Shown here: in pieces, positions 8,800-16,433 of the stretch
Layout: each line of letters opens with the position of its first letter
Numbering within the stretch: the first letter of the stretch is position 1
Assembly: GCA_903831595.1 (NCBI GenBank)
Contig: CAIKXY010000005.1
Coordinates: forward strand, 839 to 64,838
From: an uncultured bacterium
GTDB lineage: Bacteria; Patescibacteriota; Minisyncoccia; Phycocordibacterales; GWA1-40-21
Direction: 5' to 3'
Length of the DNA: 64,000 nt
Program-made: the position numbers and the translations under genes
The notes under the pieces: model-generated
Databases searched by the model: none
What the model saw: the letters and a program-made list of their open reading frames with translations, nothing else
Told to the model about the DNA's origin: nothing

Positions 8800-9055
8800 T
8801 ATGGCTCGTACATGTTGTAGCTATAACTTTTGCTTTTCGTGAACTCAAAGCAAAGTTACAGCCCGACCTCCCTCGCTTCGCTCAGTCCGGTCCGTACAGT
8901 GCAAAAGAAAATCACTCCTTAATGAAAGAGTGATTTTCAAATATTTTTATGTAGTCACGAGTTTTCTGCTCGTCGACACTCGCAGAAACTCTCGACCCCG
9001 CCTCATTTGTTCCGCAAGCTTGCGGAACATAATTCCGGCTCGTACATGTATTAGA
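8800..9055 (+). ncRNA. Candidate structured ncRNA, possibly a minimal RNase P RNA (rnpB). Low confidence.
   Basis: ~350 nt with no credible ORF between ftsH and tRNA-Ile. cagTCCGGtccgtACAGtGCA resembles the P4 5' strand (GAAAGTCCGGGCTCCATAGGGCA). ggaACATAAtTCCGGCTCGta resembles the P4 3' strand (ACAGAAcCCGGCTTA). The termini share the tacatgt palindrome and could pair as P1. A perfect 20-nt palindrome gttccgcaagcttgcggaac is internal, and a terminator hairpin follows. Confidence 0.25.
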
Positions 9056-9084
9056 AAACGCGGAGCAGTCCGCGTTTTCTATCA
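9056..9084. terminator. Bidirectional intrinsic terminator
   Basis: aaaacgcggagcagtccgcgtttt: 10-bp perfect stem with a GCAG loop, flanked by T/A runs. Confidence 0.45.
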
Positions 9085-9086
9085 TG

Positions 9087-9160
9087 TACGCCTGCCTGGA
9101 TTCGAACCAGGGACCCCAAAGGTATAAGCTTTGTGCTCTAACCAGCTGAGCTACAGGCGT
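9087..9160 (-). tRNA. tRNA-Ile with anticodon UAU (reads AUA)
   Basis: Reverse strand: ACGCCTG-TA-GCTCAGCTGGTTAGAGC-A-CAAAG-CTTATAC-CTTTG-GGGTC-CCTGGTTCGAATCCAGG-CAGGCGT-A. The cloverleaf folds cleanly with an Ile-type D-loop. Anticodon loop CTTATAC puts TAT at 34-36. Confidence 0.7.
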
Positions 9161-9359
9161 ATTATTTCGATATTTATTTTTTTTAATTTTACTACTTGGT
9201 AGCTGTGCTTTCTAGCCAAAACAGCTACAGGCGTATTAGCAATGATATTATCGCAAAAATTGTCTTTTAGCAATTTATTTAAACTTTATTTTACATTGAC
9301 ATATTTTCTGGGGGGGCTACAATTATACTGTAAAATTATTAATTAAATATTTTAAAAAT

Positions 9360-9998
9360 ATGTCTAAAAAATTTGAAGGTGCTAATGTTAATTATGAAGC
9401 AGTCAATACTTTCAATAATGCGGAAGAAGAGGCCAAAAAACAAAATACTAGCAGACCATTTATTGAGCGAGTAATAAATAAAAATAAAATTACTGCTATG
9501 GATATCTTACATGAAGAAGCTATTGAAATGGATAAAGATAGAACTGTAGATGAAGAAGAGACGGAAAAAATGCTTGGAATACTAGACGAAAAAGTAAAAT
9601 CTTATAATGTGAATGATAATAATATCGTAGACCTCAACGCTTATAATCCAAAGGAACTTGCTGATTTTATAAGCACGCCAGTAGAAGTATTTATTGTTAA
9701 AAAGGATGGGATACAGCAAGATGGAACAGCTGTGGGGATGTCACAGTGTGCGGAAAAAGACTGTGTTGGTCAAGAGGTGATTGATTTTATCAATTCTCAT
9801 TTAAATGGTTTTATGAGAGAGACACGCTGGAAAAGGGAAATTGATTTTCCTAAATATTCACCACCATCAAGACAAAGTTACTGGTCTGTGTTGGCTGGTG
9901 ATAAGGATGGTAAAAAGTTTTGGCTTTCAGCGATCAGTGGAGGCATGTATCAGATTAATGATGTAAGTGAAACAAGAATATATATGTTTAAAAAATAA
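9360..9998 (+). CDS. Hypothetical acidic protein
   Basis: 212-aa ORF with a promoter-like TTGACA-16-TACAAT at ~9296-9324 and a terminator right after the stop. No known motif. Confidence 0.45.
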   Translation: MSKKFEGANVNYEAVNTFNNAEEEAKKQNTSRPFIERVINKNKITAMDILHEEAIEMDKDRTVDEEETEKMLGILDEKVKSYNVNDNNIVDLNAYNPKELADFISTPVEVFIVKKDGIQQDGTAVGMSQCAEKDCVGQEVIDFINSHLNGFMRETRWKREIDFPKYSPPSRQSYWSVLAGDKDGKKFWLSAISGGMYQINDVSETRIYMFKK

Positions 9999-10027
9999 AA
10001 AAACCGCCATTAGGCGGTTTTTTTATT
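9997..10027. terminator. Bidirectional terminator between convergent genes
   Basis: aaaaaaaccgccattaggcggtttttttatt. Confidence 0.55.
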
Positions 10028-12182
10028 CAAAATGTATCTCAGCACTTTTTCTCTGCAACAGTTTTTCGTTAATAAGAGGATATTTTTTTAGTGTCTCATC
10101 TTCTTTTAAAAGTCGTTCAGCTTCATTTCGAGCAGCTTCAACCATTTTTATATTTTTTATTGCTTCCATACCAATATCTGAAATACCCCATTGTTTATTT
10201 CCAGAAAGTTCGCCTGGACCACGAAGTTTCAAATCAAATTCGGCAAGTTCAAATCCGTTTGAAGAATTTTTGAATGCTTTCAATCGCTGCATTGTTTTCT
10301 CAGTTTTACTTTCTGCAAAAATATAACAATATGCCTGATGATTGCTCCTTATTACTCTTCCACGAAGTTGATGAAGTTGTGCAAGACCAAATCTTTCCGC
10401 TCCCTCAATAATTATCACAGTTGCGTTTGGAACATTTACCCCGACTTCAACCACAGACGTTGCTACAAGAATTTGTATTTTTCCAGCTTTAAAATCATTC
10501 ATTATGTCTTCTTTTTCACCCTGTAACATTTTGCTGTGAAGTATTCCAATTTCATAATTTTGAAAAATATCTCGCTTTAATCTTTCAGCTTCTTCTTTTA
10601 CCGACTTTGCAATTATTGCCGATTCTTTTTCTAGGTCTGGCTCATCTATTCTTGGACAAATTACATAAACTTGTCTTCCTTCCACAAGTTTTTCTTTTAT
10701 TTTTGTATAAGTATTTTCTCTTTCATTCGGTAAAACAATTTCAGTAATGATTGGCTTGCGACCAGATGGCATTTGGTCAAGAAGTGTTAAATCTAAATCT
10801 CCAAAAACAGTGAGTGCAAGAGTGCGGGGAATTGGTGTCGCTGTCATAGATAACAAATGTGGATTCAATCCCTCCTTCCTTGTTATTTTTTGTCTCTGTG
10901 TTGTTCCAAATCTATGTTGTTCATCAATAATAGAATATGCAAGGTGTTTGAATTTTACTGACTTAGATATGAGCGCATGAGTTCCGATAAGAATTGGAAT
11001 TTCTCCATTCGCGACCCATTTTAGAAGTTGAGGTTTTGAAATTTTTGTCCAAGTTTTCGGGTTTACTTTTGACGGAAATTTTCTACATTCTTTTCCTGTA
11101 ATCAATCCGATATTAATATTTAAATATGTGAAATATTCTATAAAAGATTCAAAATGTTGCTTTGCCAAAATTTCGGTTGGTGCCATATAGGCCACTTGTA
11201 AGTTCCCAAAAGTTTGTCCTTTTGGCTTTGAAGTTACAATCGCAAATGCTGTTGCTGCTGCCACCGCTGTTTTTCCAGACCCAACATCACCTTCAAGAAG
11301 TCGTGCCATTGCATGACCACTTCTAAAATCGTTCATAATTTGGTCGATGGCATTATTTTGTGCTTCTGTTGCTTTAAATGGAAATCTTTCCACAAATTTT
11401 TCAATATCTTTTGCTGTTTTTTCTATTACATATGATGGATTTTTATTCCAAAGTATTTTGTCTTTCTTTTTTTGTAATTGAATGAAAAAAACTTCTTCAA
11501 AAGCAAAACGTTTTCGTGCAGAAAGTGCGTGGTCTTGTTTTTGTGGAGTGTGAATCCAGATGAGTGCGGTTTTTAGTGACGGTAGATTATATTTGTCCAA
11601 AATATAATCCGGGATAGAGTCTTCAAGTGTATCAATTATCCCAGAAGAAAATATTTTTTGTATTGCATGATAAAACCAGTTTGAAGTAATGCCACGGCTT
11701 TCTGGGTAGACTGGATAAAGGGAATGTGTCTCGTCATCTTCACCAAAAAGAGAATCTCCAACACCGATAGGGAGTTTAGCAATAGTCTCAATCTTCGGAT
11801 TTGATAAGTACAGTTCACCACGCCTTTCAGATACCTTTCCATCTGCTCGAACAAATGCTCCTTCGTGAATCATTTTTGCTATATATGGCTGGTGAAACCA
11901 CACAGCCTTTATTGTTCCTGTCTCATCTTCAATCTGGGCTTGTGCCATTGCAATCTTACTTTTAAAACCTTTACTGATTTTTAACCCAGATATTTTTCCA
12001 AAAATTACAGCTTTTCCCCCAACAGCTAAATCATCGATATTTCTTTTTTCAGAAGTATCGCCGTATCTTACTGGAAAATAATAAAGTAAATCCTCAATGG
12101 TTTTTATACCAAGTTTATTTAAAGCCTTTTTTTGTAACTCCATAAGGCGAAAATTCTTTTCAATTGGAAAATTCAAATCCAT
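10023..12182 (-). CDS. recG: ATP-dependent DNA helicase RecG
   Basis: 719 aa; wedge domain, Walker A GDVGSGKT, DEQHRFG, LSMTATPIPRTLA; typical RecG architecture. Confidence 0.9.
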   Translation of the reverse strand: MDLNFPIEKNFRLMELQKKALNKLGIKTIEDLLYYFPVRYGDTSEKRNIDDLAVGGKAVIFGKISGLKISKGFKSKIAMAQAQIEDETGTIKAVWFHQPYIAKMIHEGAFVRADGKVSERRGELYLSNPKIETIAKLPIGVGDSLFGEDDETHSLYPVYPESRGITSNWFYHAIQKIFSSGIIDTLEDSIPDYILDKYNLPSLKTALIWIHTPQKQDHALSARKRFAFEEVFFIQLQKKKDKILWNKNPSYVIEKTAKDIEKFVERFPFKATEAQNNAIDQIMNDFRSGHAMARLLEGDVGSGKTAVAAATAFAIVTSKPKGQTFGNLQVAYMAPTEILAKQHFESFIEYFTYLNINIGLITGKECRKFPSKVNPKTWTKISKPQLLKWVANGEIPILIGTHALISKSVKFKHLAYSIIDEQHRFGTTQRQKITRKEGLNPHLLSMTATPIPRTLALTVFGDLDLTLLDQMPSGRKPIITEIVLPNERENTYTKIKEKLVEGRQVYVICPRIDEPDLEKESAIIAKSVKEEAERLKRDIFQNYEIGILHSKMLQGEKEDIMNDFKAGKIQILVATSVVEVGVNVPNATVIIIEGAERFGLAQLHQLRGRVIRSNHQAYCYIFAESKTEKTMQRLKAFKNSSNGFELAEFDLKLRGPGELSGNKQWGISDIGMEAIKNIKMVEAARNEAERLLKEDETLKKYPLINEKLLQRKSAEIHFE

Positions 12183-12281
12183 CTAATTATTCTATCATTA
12201 CGATTAAAATTATCTATATGTGTTCAGTTTGACAAAATATTACTGCAGGAGTATCTTTTCTTGCAGTCGTTCATTTTTGCA

Positions 12282-12297
12282 GGTCACAAATGTGACC
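12282..12297. promoter_or_regulatory. Perfect 16-bp palindrome (putative operator) upstream of the ACP-like gene
   Basis: GGTCACAAATGTGACC, 16 nt upstream of the ATG, overlapping where a -10 would be. The RBS AAGGGGGA follows. Confidence 0.35.
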
Positions 12298-12312
12298 AAG
12301 GGGGATTAAAAT

Positions 12313-12579
12313 ATGACAAGATCTTGTATTGAAAAGAAGGTAAAGAGATGTCTAGAAGATTCATTCCAGTATAAAGCAGTTGGAAGTAAAAGAATTAAAG
12401 CTGGTACAGATTTTATTTGCGACCTAGGCTTTGATGCAAGTGATATGTCGGAACTTCTTTTTAGTTTAGATAAGAAGTTCGGTATAAGAATAAGAAAAAA
12501 TGATAAGGTAGAAACTTTTGGTGAGCTTGTCAGCAGTATATTGGTGGGTGTGACCAAAAGGCAGATATCAAAAACATAA
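12313..12579 (+). CDS. Acyl-carrier-protein-like small protein (phosphopantetheine-attachment-like motif with displaced Ser)
   Basis: 88 aa; DLGFDASDMSELLFSLDKKFGIRI aligns with the ACP signature [23 protein letters not shown], but the Ser is shifted (DAS instead of DSL). Confidence 0.5.
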   Translation: MTRSCIEKKVKRCLEDSFQYKAVGSKRIKAGTDFICDLGFDASDMSELLFSLDKKFGIRIRKNDKVETFGELVSSILVGVTKRQISKT

Positions 12580-12591
12580 ACTTAGTTAATG

Positions 12592-12625
12592 AAAAAGCCT
12601 CGACTTACGTCGAGGCTTTGTTTTT
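12592..12625 (+). terminator. Intrinsic terminator
   Basis: aaaaagcctcgacttacgtcgaggctttgttttt. Confidence 0.5.
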
Positions 12626-12676
12626 GTATTTTAAATTATGATATAATATTTGTATTAATAATTTAATTAATTTAAT

Positions 12677-13159
12677 ATGATTACATTAACAACGACAGCA
12701 ATTATCGTAAGAATAGCAATAGCTATTGGTCTAGGAATGGTTATCGGGCTCGAGAGAACCTTAACGGGCAAAACTGCTGGGATGAGAACATACGCAATGA
12801 TTACTCTTGGCGCGTCTCTTTTTGTGATTATTTCTGAAATTGTAATAGCATCTATCAATAATGCTTTAGTAGCAAGTCCTCTTGCTATACCAACAGCAGT
12901 TATTACCGGTATAGGTTTTATTGGTGCAGGTTTAATAATTTTCCAAGAGAATAAAATTACCGGGCTTACAACCGCAGCTGGTTTATGGGTTACCGCTGGG
13001 GTAGGAATAGCCTGTGGCTTTGGCCTTTATACTTTGGCAATAATTGCCACAATTGCTGTTTTGGTTATTTTTACCATAATGTTATTTATAGAAAATTCTT
13101 TTAGAAAACATTTTAATAAATTTGAACACGATAACGGAGAAGAAAAAATTCAAAGATAA
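12677..13159 (+). CDS. mgtC: MgtC/SapB family membrane protein
   Basis: GLERTLTGKTAGMRTYAMI matches the MgtC signature (GLERE...AGLRT); 4-5 TM, 160 aa. Confidence 0.7.
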   Translation: MITLTTTAIIVRIAIAIGLGMVIGLERTLTGKTAGMRTYAMITLGASLFVIISEIVIASINNALVASPLAIPTAVITGIGFIGAGLIIFQENKITGLTTAAGLWVTAGVGIACGFGLYTLAIIATIAVLVIFTIMLFIENSFRKHFNKFEHDNGEEKIQR

Positions 13160-13174
13160 AAAGAAAAACCGCTT

Positions 13175-14590
13175 TTAGGCCTTCTTGCGTAGGTAGGCGG
13201 TTTTTTGTTTTATAATTTTATTGAATTTTTCTCCACGATCAAATTCATTTTTAAATTTTTCAAAGCTTTTTGCAGAAGGGGAGAACAAAATAGTTTTTCC
13301 CCCAGTTATTTTTTTAAAGGCTAAATCTACACATGCTTCCAGTGTGTCTTTTACGGATATTTTTGAAATATCAATATCTTTACCAAGTTCAGTGAGCATT
13401 TTTTTTGTTGCACTTCCATCAAGTAAAATCATATTCTTAATCGGAAGATATTTTAAAGCAGTTTTTGCCCAATCTTTGTATTCAAGTCCTGCATCAGTTC
13501 CTCCACTTATCAAAATACAATTTTTAGAGCCAAATCGTTCTATCGCAGCCATCCCACCTTCTGGGGAAGTGGCCGAAGTATCATTGATTATCTTCGTTTT
13601 TCCAAATGTGGCGATAAGTTCTTGTCTATATTTTACTTGAGGTAAAGTTTTAATCTTTTTATTAATATCAGCCCATTTTATATTGTCTAGATATGCAACT
13701 AAAATAGCAGAAAGTAGATTTGCCAAATTATGTTTACCCCAAAACTCTACAAAATCTTCAATATCTAATACTTTTTCAACTTTTTTTGTTTGCAAATAGA
13801 TACTTCCATTTTGATAATAAATTCCTTTTGTATTTTCAGGTAATTTATTTAAAGAAAAAAACCAAACTTCTGCTTTCGGATTTTGTTTTAAGAAAAAGTT
13901 TGTCCATTCATTATCATAATTTAAAATTAATTTATCATTTTTTGATTGATTCTTAAAAACATTTGCTTTAACTTTCGCATAATTCTCTAAAGTTCCATGA
14001 CGGTTAAGATGATCAACAAAAATATTTGTAATTAGCGCAATGTGCGGCGCAGAGCTGAATCTTTCAAGTTGAAAAGAGGGGATTTCATTTACGACCATTT
14101 TACAAGTTTCGCTATCTGTTTTTGGGAGGATTTTTAAGAGCGGTTGGTCAGTAGAATTACCAGCTATAATTGCATTTTTCCCAAGCAAATATGCCGTCCA
14201 ATTTGTAGTTGTCGTTTTTCCCCTTGTCCCTGTGATTGCGACTATCGGTTTCTTGCAATTTTCATAAAATATTTTTGACTCATTATAAATAGGTTTATTT
14301 AATTTTTCGGCAAGCTGAACAAGTTGGTTTGTCTGTGGAACAGCCTGATTGATAACAATAATATCTGCATCAGCGACATTTTTTTCTTCGCATTTTTCAA
14401 AAAAATAATTTACTTTACCTTTTATTTGTTTTATTGAATCATTAAAATATTCTTTTGGCTTTGAATCAGTAATAGAAAGTTTCGCACCATTTTTCAATAG
14501 CCAATTTGCAGTGGTAACTCCACCACCCAAAATTCCAAGCCCCACAAGCAAAACCTTTTTGTTTTTGAATTTGTTTTTTGTTATAGACAT
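13175..14590 (-). CDS. murD: UDP-N-acetylmuramoyl-L-alanine--D-glutamate ligase (Mur ligase family)
   Basis: N-terminal Rossmann KKVLLVGLGILGGG, GTRGKTTTTNWTAYLL P-loop, Mur ligase middle and C domains; 471 aa. Confidence 0.8.
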   Translation of the reverse strand: MSITKNKFKNKKVLLVGLGILGGGVTTANWLLKNGAKLSITDSKPKEYFNDSIKQIKGKVNYFFEKCEEKNVADADIIVINQAVPQTNQLVQLAEKLNKPIYNESKIFYENCKKPIVAITGTRGKTTTTNWTAYLLGKNAIIAGNSTDQPLLKILPKTDSETCKMVVNEIPSFQLERFSSAPHIALITNIFVDHLNRHGTLENYAKVKANVFKNQSKNDKLILNYDNEWTNFFLKQNPKAEVWFFSLNKLPENTKGIYYQNGSIYLQTKKVEKVLDIEDFVEFWGKHNLANLLSAILVAYLDNIKWADINKKIKTLPQVKYRQELIATFGKTKIINDTSATSPEGGMAAIERFGSKNCILISGGTDAGLEYKDWAKTALKYLPIKNMILLDGSATKKMLTELGKDIDISKISVKDTLEACVDLAFKKITGGKTILFSPSAKSFEKFKNEFDRGEKFNKIIKQKTAYLRKKA

Positions 14591-14639
14591 TTTATTTTCT
14601 AATGCGGTGTCTATTGTACAAAATTCGAACTTATTTTGA

Positions 14640-14830
14640 AAGCAATCCGACTAAGCGCACGCGCGGAGCGCGTGGTGGCTCGAAACTAAGCCGAGGCAAA
14701 GCGAAAATCTTTTTTTCTGGGGGGAAGGGATTTTTCGCTTTGCCTCGGCTGAATTTCCGCCCGCAGGAGGGGTTTGGGGAGGAATGCGGGCTGGATTCAC
14801 TTTCGGATTTTTTGTGGCGGGCTTAGATGT
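14640..14830. other. GC-rich, highly structured non-coding element of unknown function (ncRNA, MITE-like repeat or regulatory region)
   Basis: In an AT-rich context. Hairpins: CACGCGCggaGCGCGTG; a ~21-bp stem GCCGAGGCAAAGCGAAAATC...GATTTTTCGCTTTGCCTCGGC; GCCCGCA...TGCGGGC. The track ORF 14602..14826 here is probably spurious. Confidence 0.3.
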
Positions 14831-14906
14831 GATATTAATAACAATATCTGATATACTTTATCTACTAAGTCGAGACAATATATTTTATCAAAAATAATCA
14901 TATTTT

Positions 14907-15380
14907 ATGGAAATAGACAAAAGACCTTTTTATATTTGGGCAGCGGTATTACTTGGAAATATTGGCATAATTTTCGCTGTTGTTTTGATGAACATTTCTG
15001 ATTTTAGTTCCTTATTCCTCGAACCGTGGTTTTTTATAACACTAGGCATTTCTCTTTTTGTATCAATTGTCCCTGTTCTGATTTCTAAATCAAACAGTAG
15101 ATTGAAAAATCGTTTTGGATATGGAATCCCTGTTTTATTATTACTACCACTTATATATTTTGTGTACGATTATTACACATGCACTGGTAAATTTTGCCAA
15201 ATCGCCCCACTTTTCTTTGGTTGGGCTTTCGGTCTATCACCAATTATTTTTGCCATTTTCTACACCATAGGTATATTTGCTAGAAAATATAGTATAAAAT
15301 TTATTTTATCAGTACTATGGATTGAAGTAATTTTACTTGTAGGTTCTGCCTTATACTTTGGTTTCTCTGTTCTCAATTAA
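14907..15380 (+). CDS. Hypothetical integral membrane protein (4-5 TM)
   Basis: 157 aa, hydrophobic throughout. Confidence 0.4.
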   Translation: MEIDKRPFYIWAAVLLGNIGIIFAVVLMNISDFSSLFLEPWFFITLGISLFVSIVPVLISKSNSRLKNRFGYGIPVLLLLPLIYFVYDYYTCTGKFCQIAPLFFGWAFGLSPIIFAIFYTIGIFARKYSIKFILSVLWIEVILLVGSALYFGFSVLN

Positions 15381-15415
15381 AATAAATTTTCTGTTAGCAC
15401 CACCCCTCCATAAGT

Positions 15416-16087
15416 TTATTTTTGTATATTGAATCCAATGATTTCAAAATCGTTTGGATTATTTACTGCCACCGAAAATAAATAGTCTGGAGTTATTATT
15501 TTTGGTGCATTGGAAACATGAATTATGTTTTCATCAAACAATTGTTTGAAAATAAGGTCGGCACAGGTTGCTTTTTTGTATCCCTGTTTAGGGAGTCCGA
15601 AAATATAATCTGAATCTTCCGCAATATTTATCAAATTACTTTTTATCGCATCTAATTTCAGAGAATAATTTTTAGGTCTAATGATAATAAAATTATTCAC
15701 ATCAAAATTTAGCCAATCACTTTTTGACAGTATTCCAATTTGTATATCATCTTTAGAATTTTTTTCAGTACCAACCGCTTCAACTAATTGATCATCACCC
15801 AGATAAAATGCGGAGTGTGTAAAGTAAGGGTGAGCAAATTTATCGACAAGCCAAGTTCGCTTGGTTATGTACCTGCGAATTAAAATATCACCAGGCAACA
15901 ATTTGCAATCAATTATCTTTTTACACAGAGGCACTGTGTTACTCAAAGAGTTTGAGATTTGATCTAGTGATAGTCTAAAAATACTATTATAAAATTCATG
16001 GTATAGATAAAGGCTAAATATAAGAAAAGATAAAATAGTTCCAATTATAACTATTAATGATAACTTTAGAATAGTATTTTTAGACAT
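15416..16087 (-). CDS. Membrane-anchored protein, possibly a permuted papain-like (NlpC/P60-LRAT/C92-type) amidase
   Basis: N-terminal TM; His-containing block FTHSAFYLGDDQLVEAVG precedes a C-terminal Cys block KKATCADLIF (His-before-Cys order of permuted papain folds). Weak, motif-level only. Confidence 0.3.
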   Translation of the reverse strand: MSKNTILKLSLIVIIGTILSFLIFSLYLYHEFYNSIFRLSLDQISNSLSNTVPLCKKIIDCKLLPGDILIRRYITKRTWLVDKFAHPYFTHSAFYLGDDQLVEAVGTEKNSKDDIQIGILSKSDWLNFDVNNFIIIRPKNYSLKLDAIKSNLINIAEDSDYIFGLPKQGYKKATCADLIFKQLFDENIIHVSNAPKIITPDYLFSVAVNNPNDFEIIGFNIQK

Positions 16088-16224
16088 TTAATATGCTATA
16101 AATGAATTTACATAATTTCCAAAATTAGATCAAGAGACAATTATAAATTTAATAAAATAATTTGTTTGGTCATATTTTGAATTTTTTTGTATAAGCCCTC
16201 CACAAAAAATCCGATTTCGTTTTC

Positions 16225-16316
16225 TGGCGGAGAGGGCGAGATTCGAACTCGCGGAACCGTTTAACGGGTTCACCTCTTTAGCAAAGAGGTACATTAGACC
16301 ACTCTGACACCTCTCC
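16225..16316 (-). tRNA. tRNA-Ser (anticodon GCU), type II with long variable arm, CCA encoded
   Basis: Reverse strand: GGAGAGG-TG-TCAGAGTGGTCTAATGTA-CCTCT-TTGCTAA-AGAGG-TGAACCCGTTAAACGGTTC-CGCGAGTTCGAATCTCGC-CCTCTCC-G-CCA. Confidence 0.85.
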
Positions 16317-16433
16317 ATACATTAGGTATCAACTCAAAAAGATTATCACATTTTTGTACTTATTTCTAGTTATTTAAAGTCTTAAAGAAAATGATTTCCC
16401 GAATTATATTTACTAGGGTATACTCTTTTATAT

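Noticed and set aside
8930-9127. Track ORF (65 aa, +) in the ftsH-tRNA-Ile intergenic region
   Set aside because: Runs through palindromes, a terminator and into the tRNA-Ile gene; better explained as structured ncRNA, terminator and tRNA.
12244-12283. Repeated CTGCAG/TGCAG pentamers upstream of the ACP-like gene
   Set aside because: Short, low-complexity recurrence within 40 nt; the 16-bp perfect palindrome immediately downstream is the better-supported regulatory candidate.
14602-14826. Track ORF (74 aa, +) rich in Arg/Gly
   Set aside because: Lies entirely in a hairpin-dense GC-rich element; no RBS; its composition is typical of translated structured or repeat DNA.
16130-16318. Track ORF (62 aa, -) overlapping tRNA-Ser
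   Set aside because: Coincides with a canonical type II tRNA-Ser(GCU) including the encoded CCA; no RBS.
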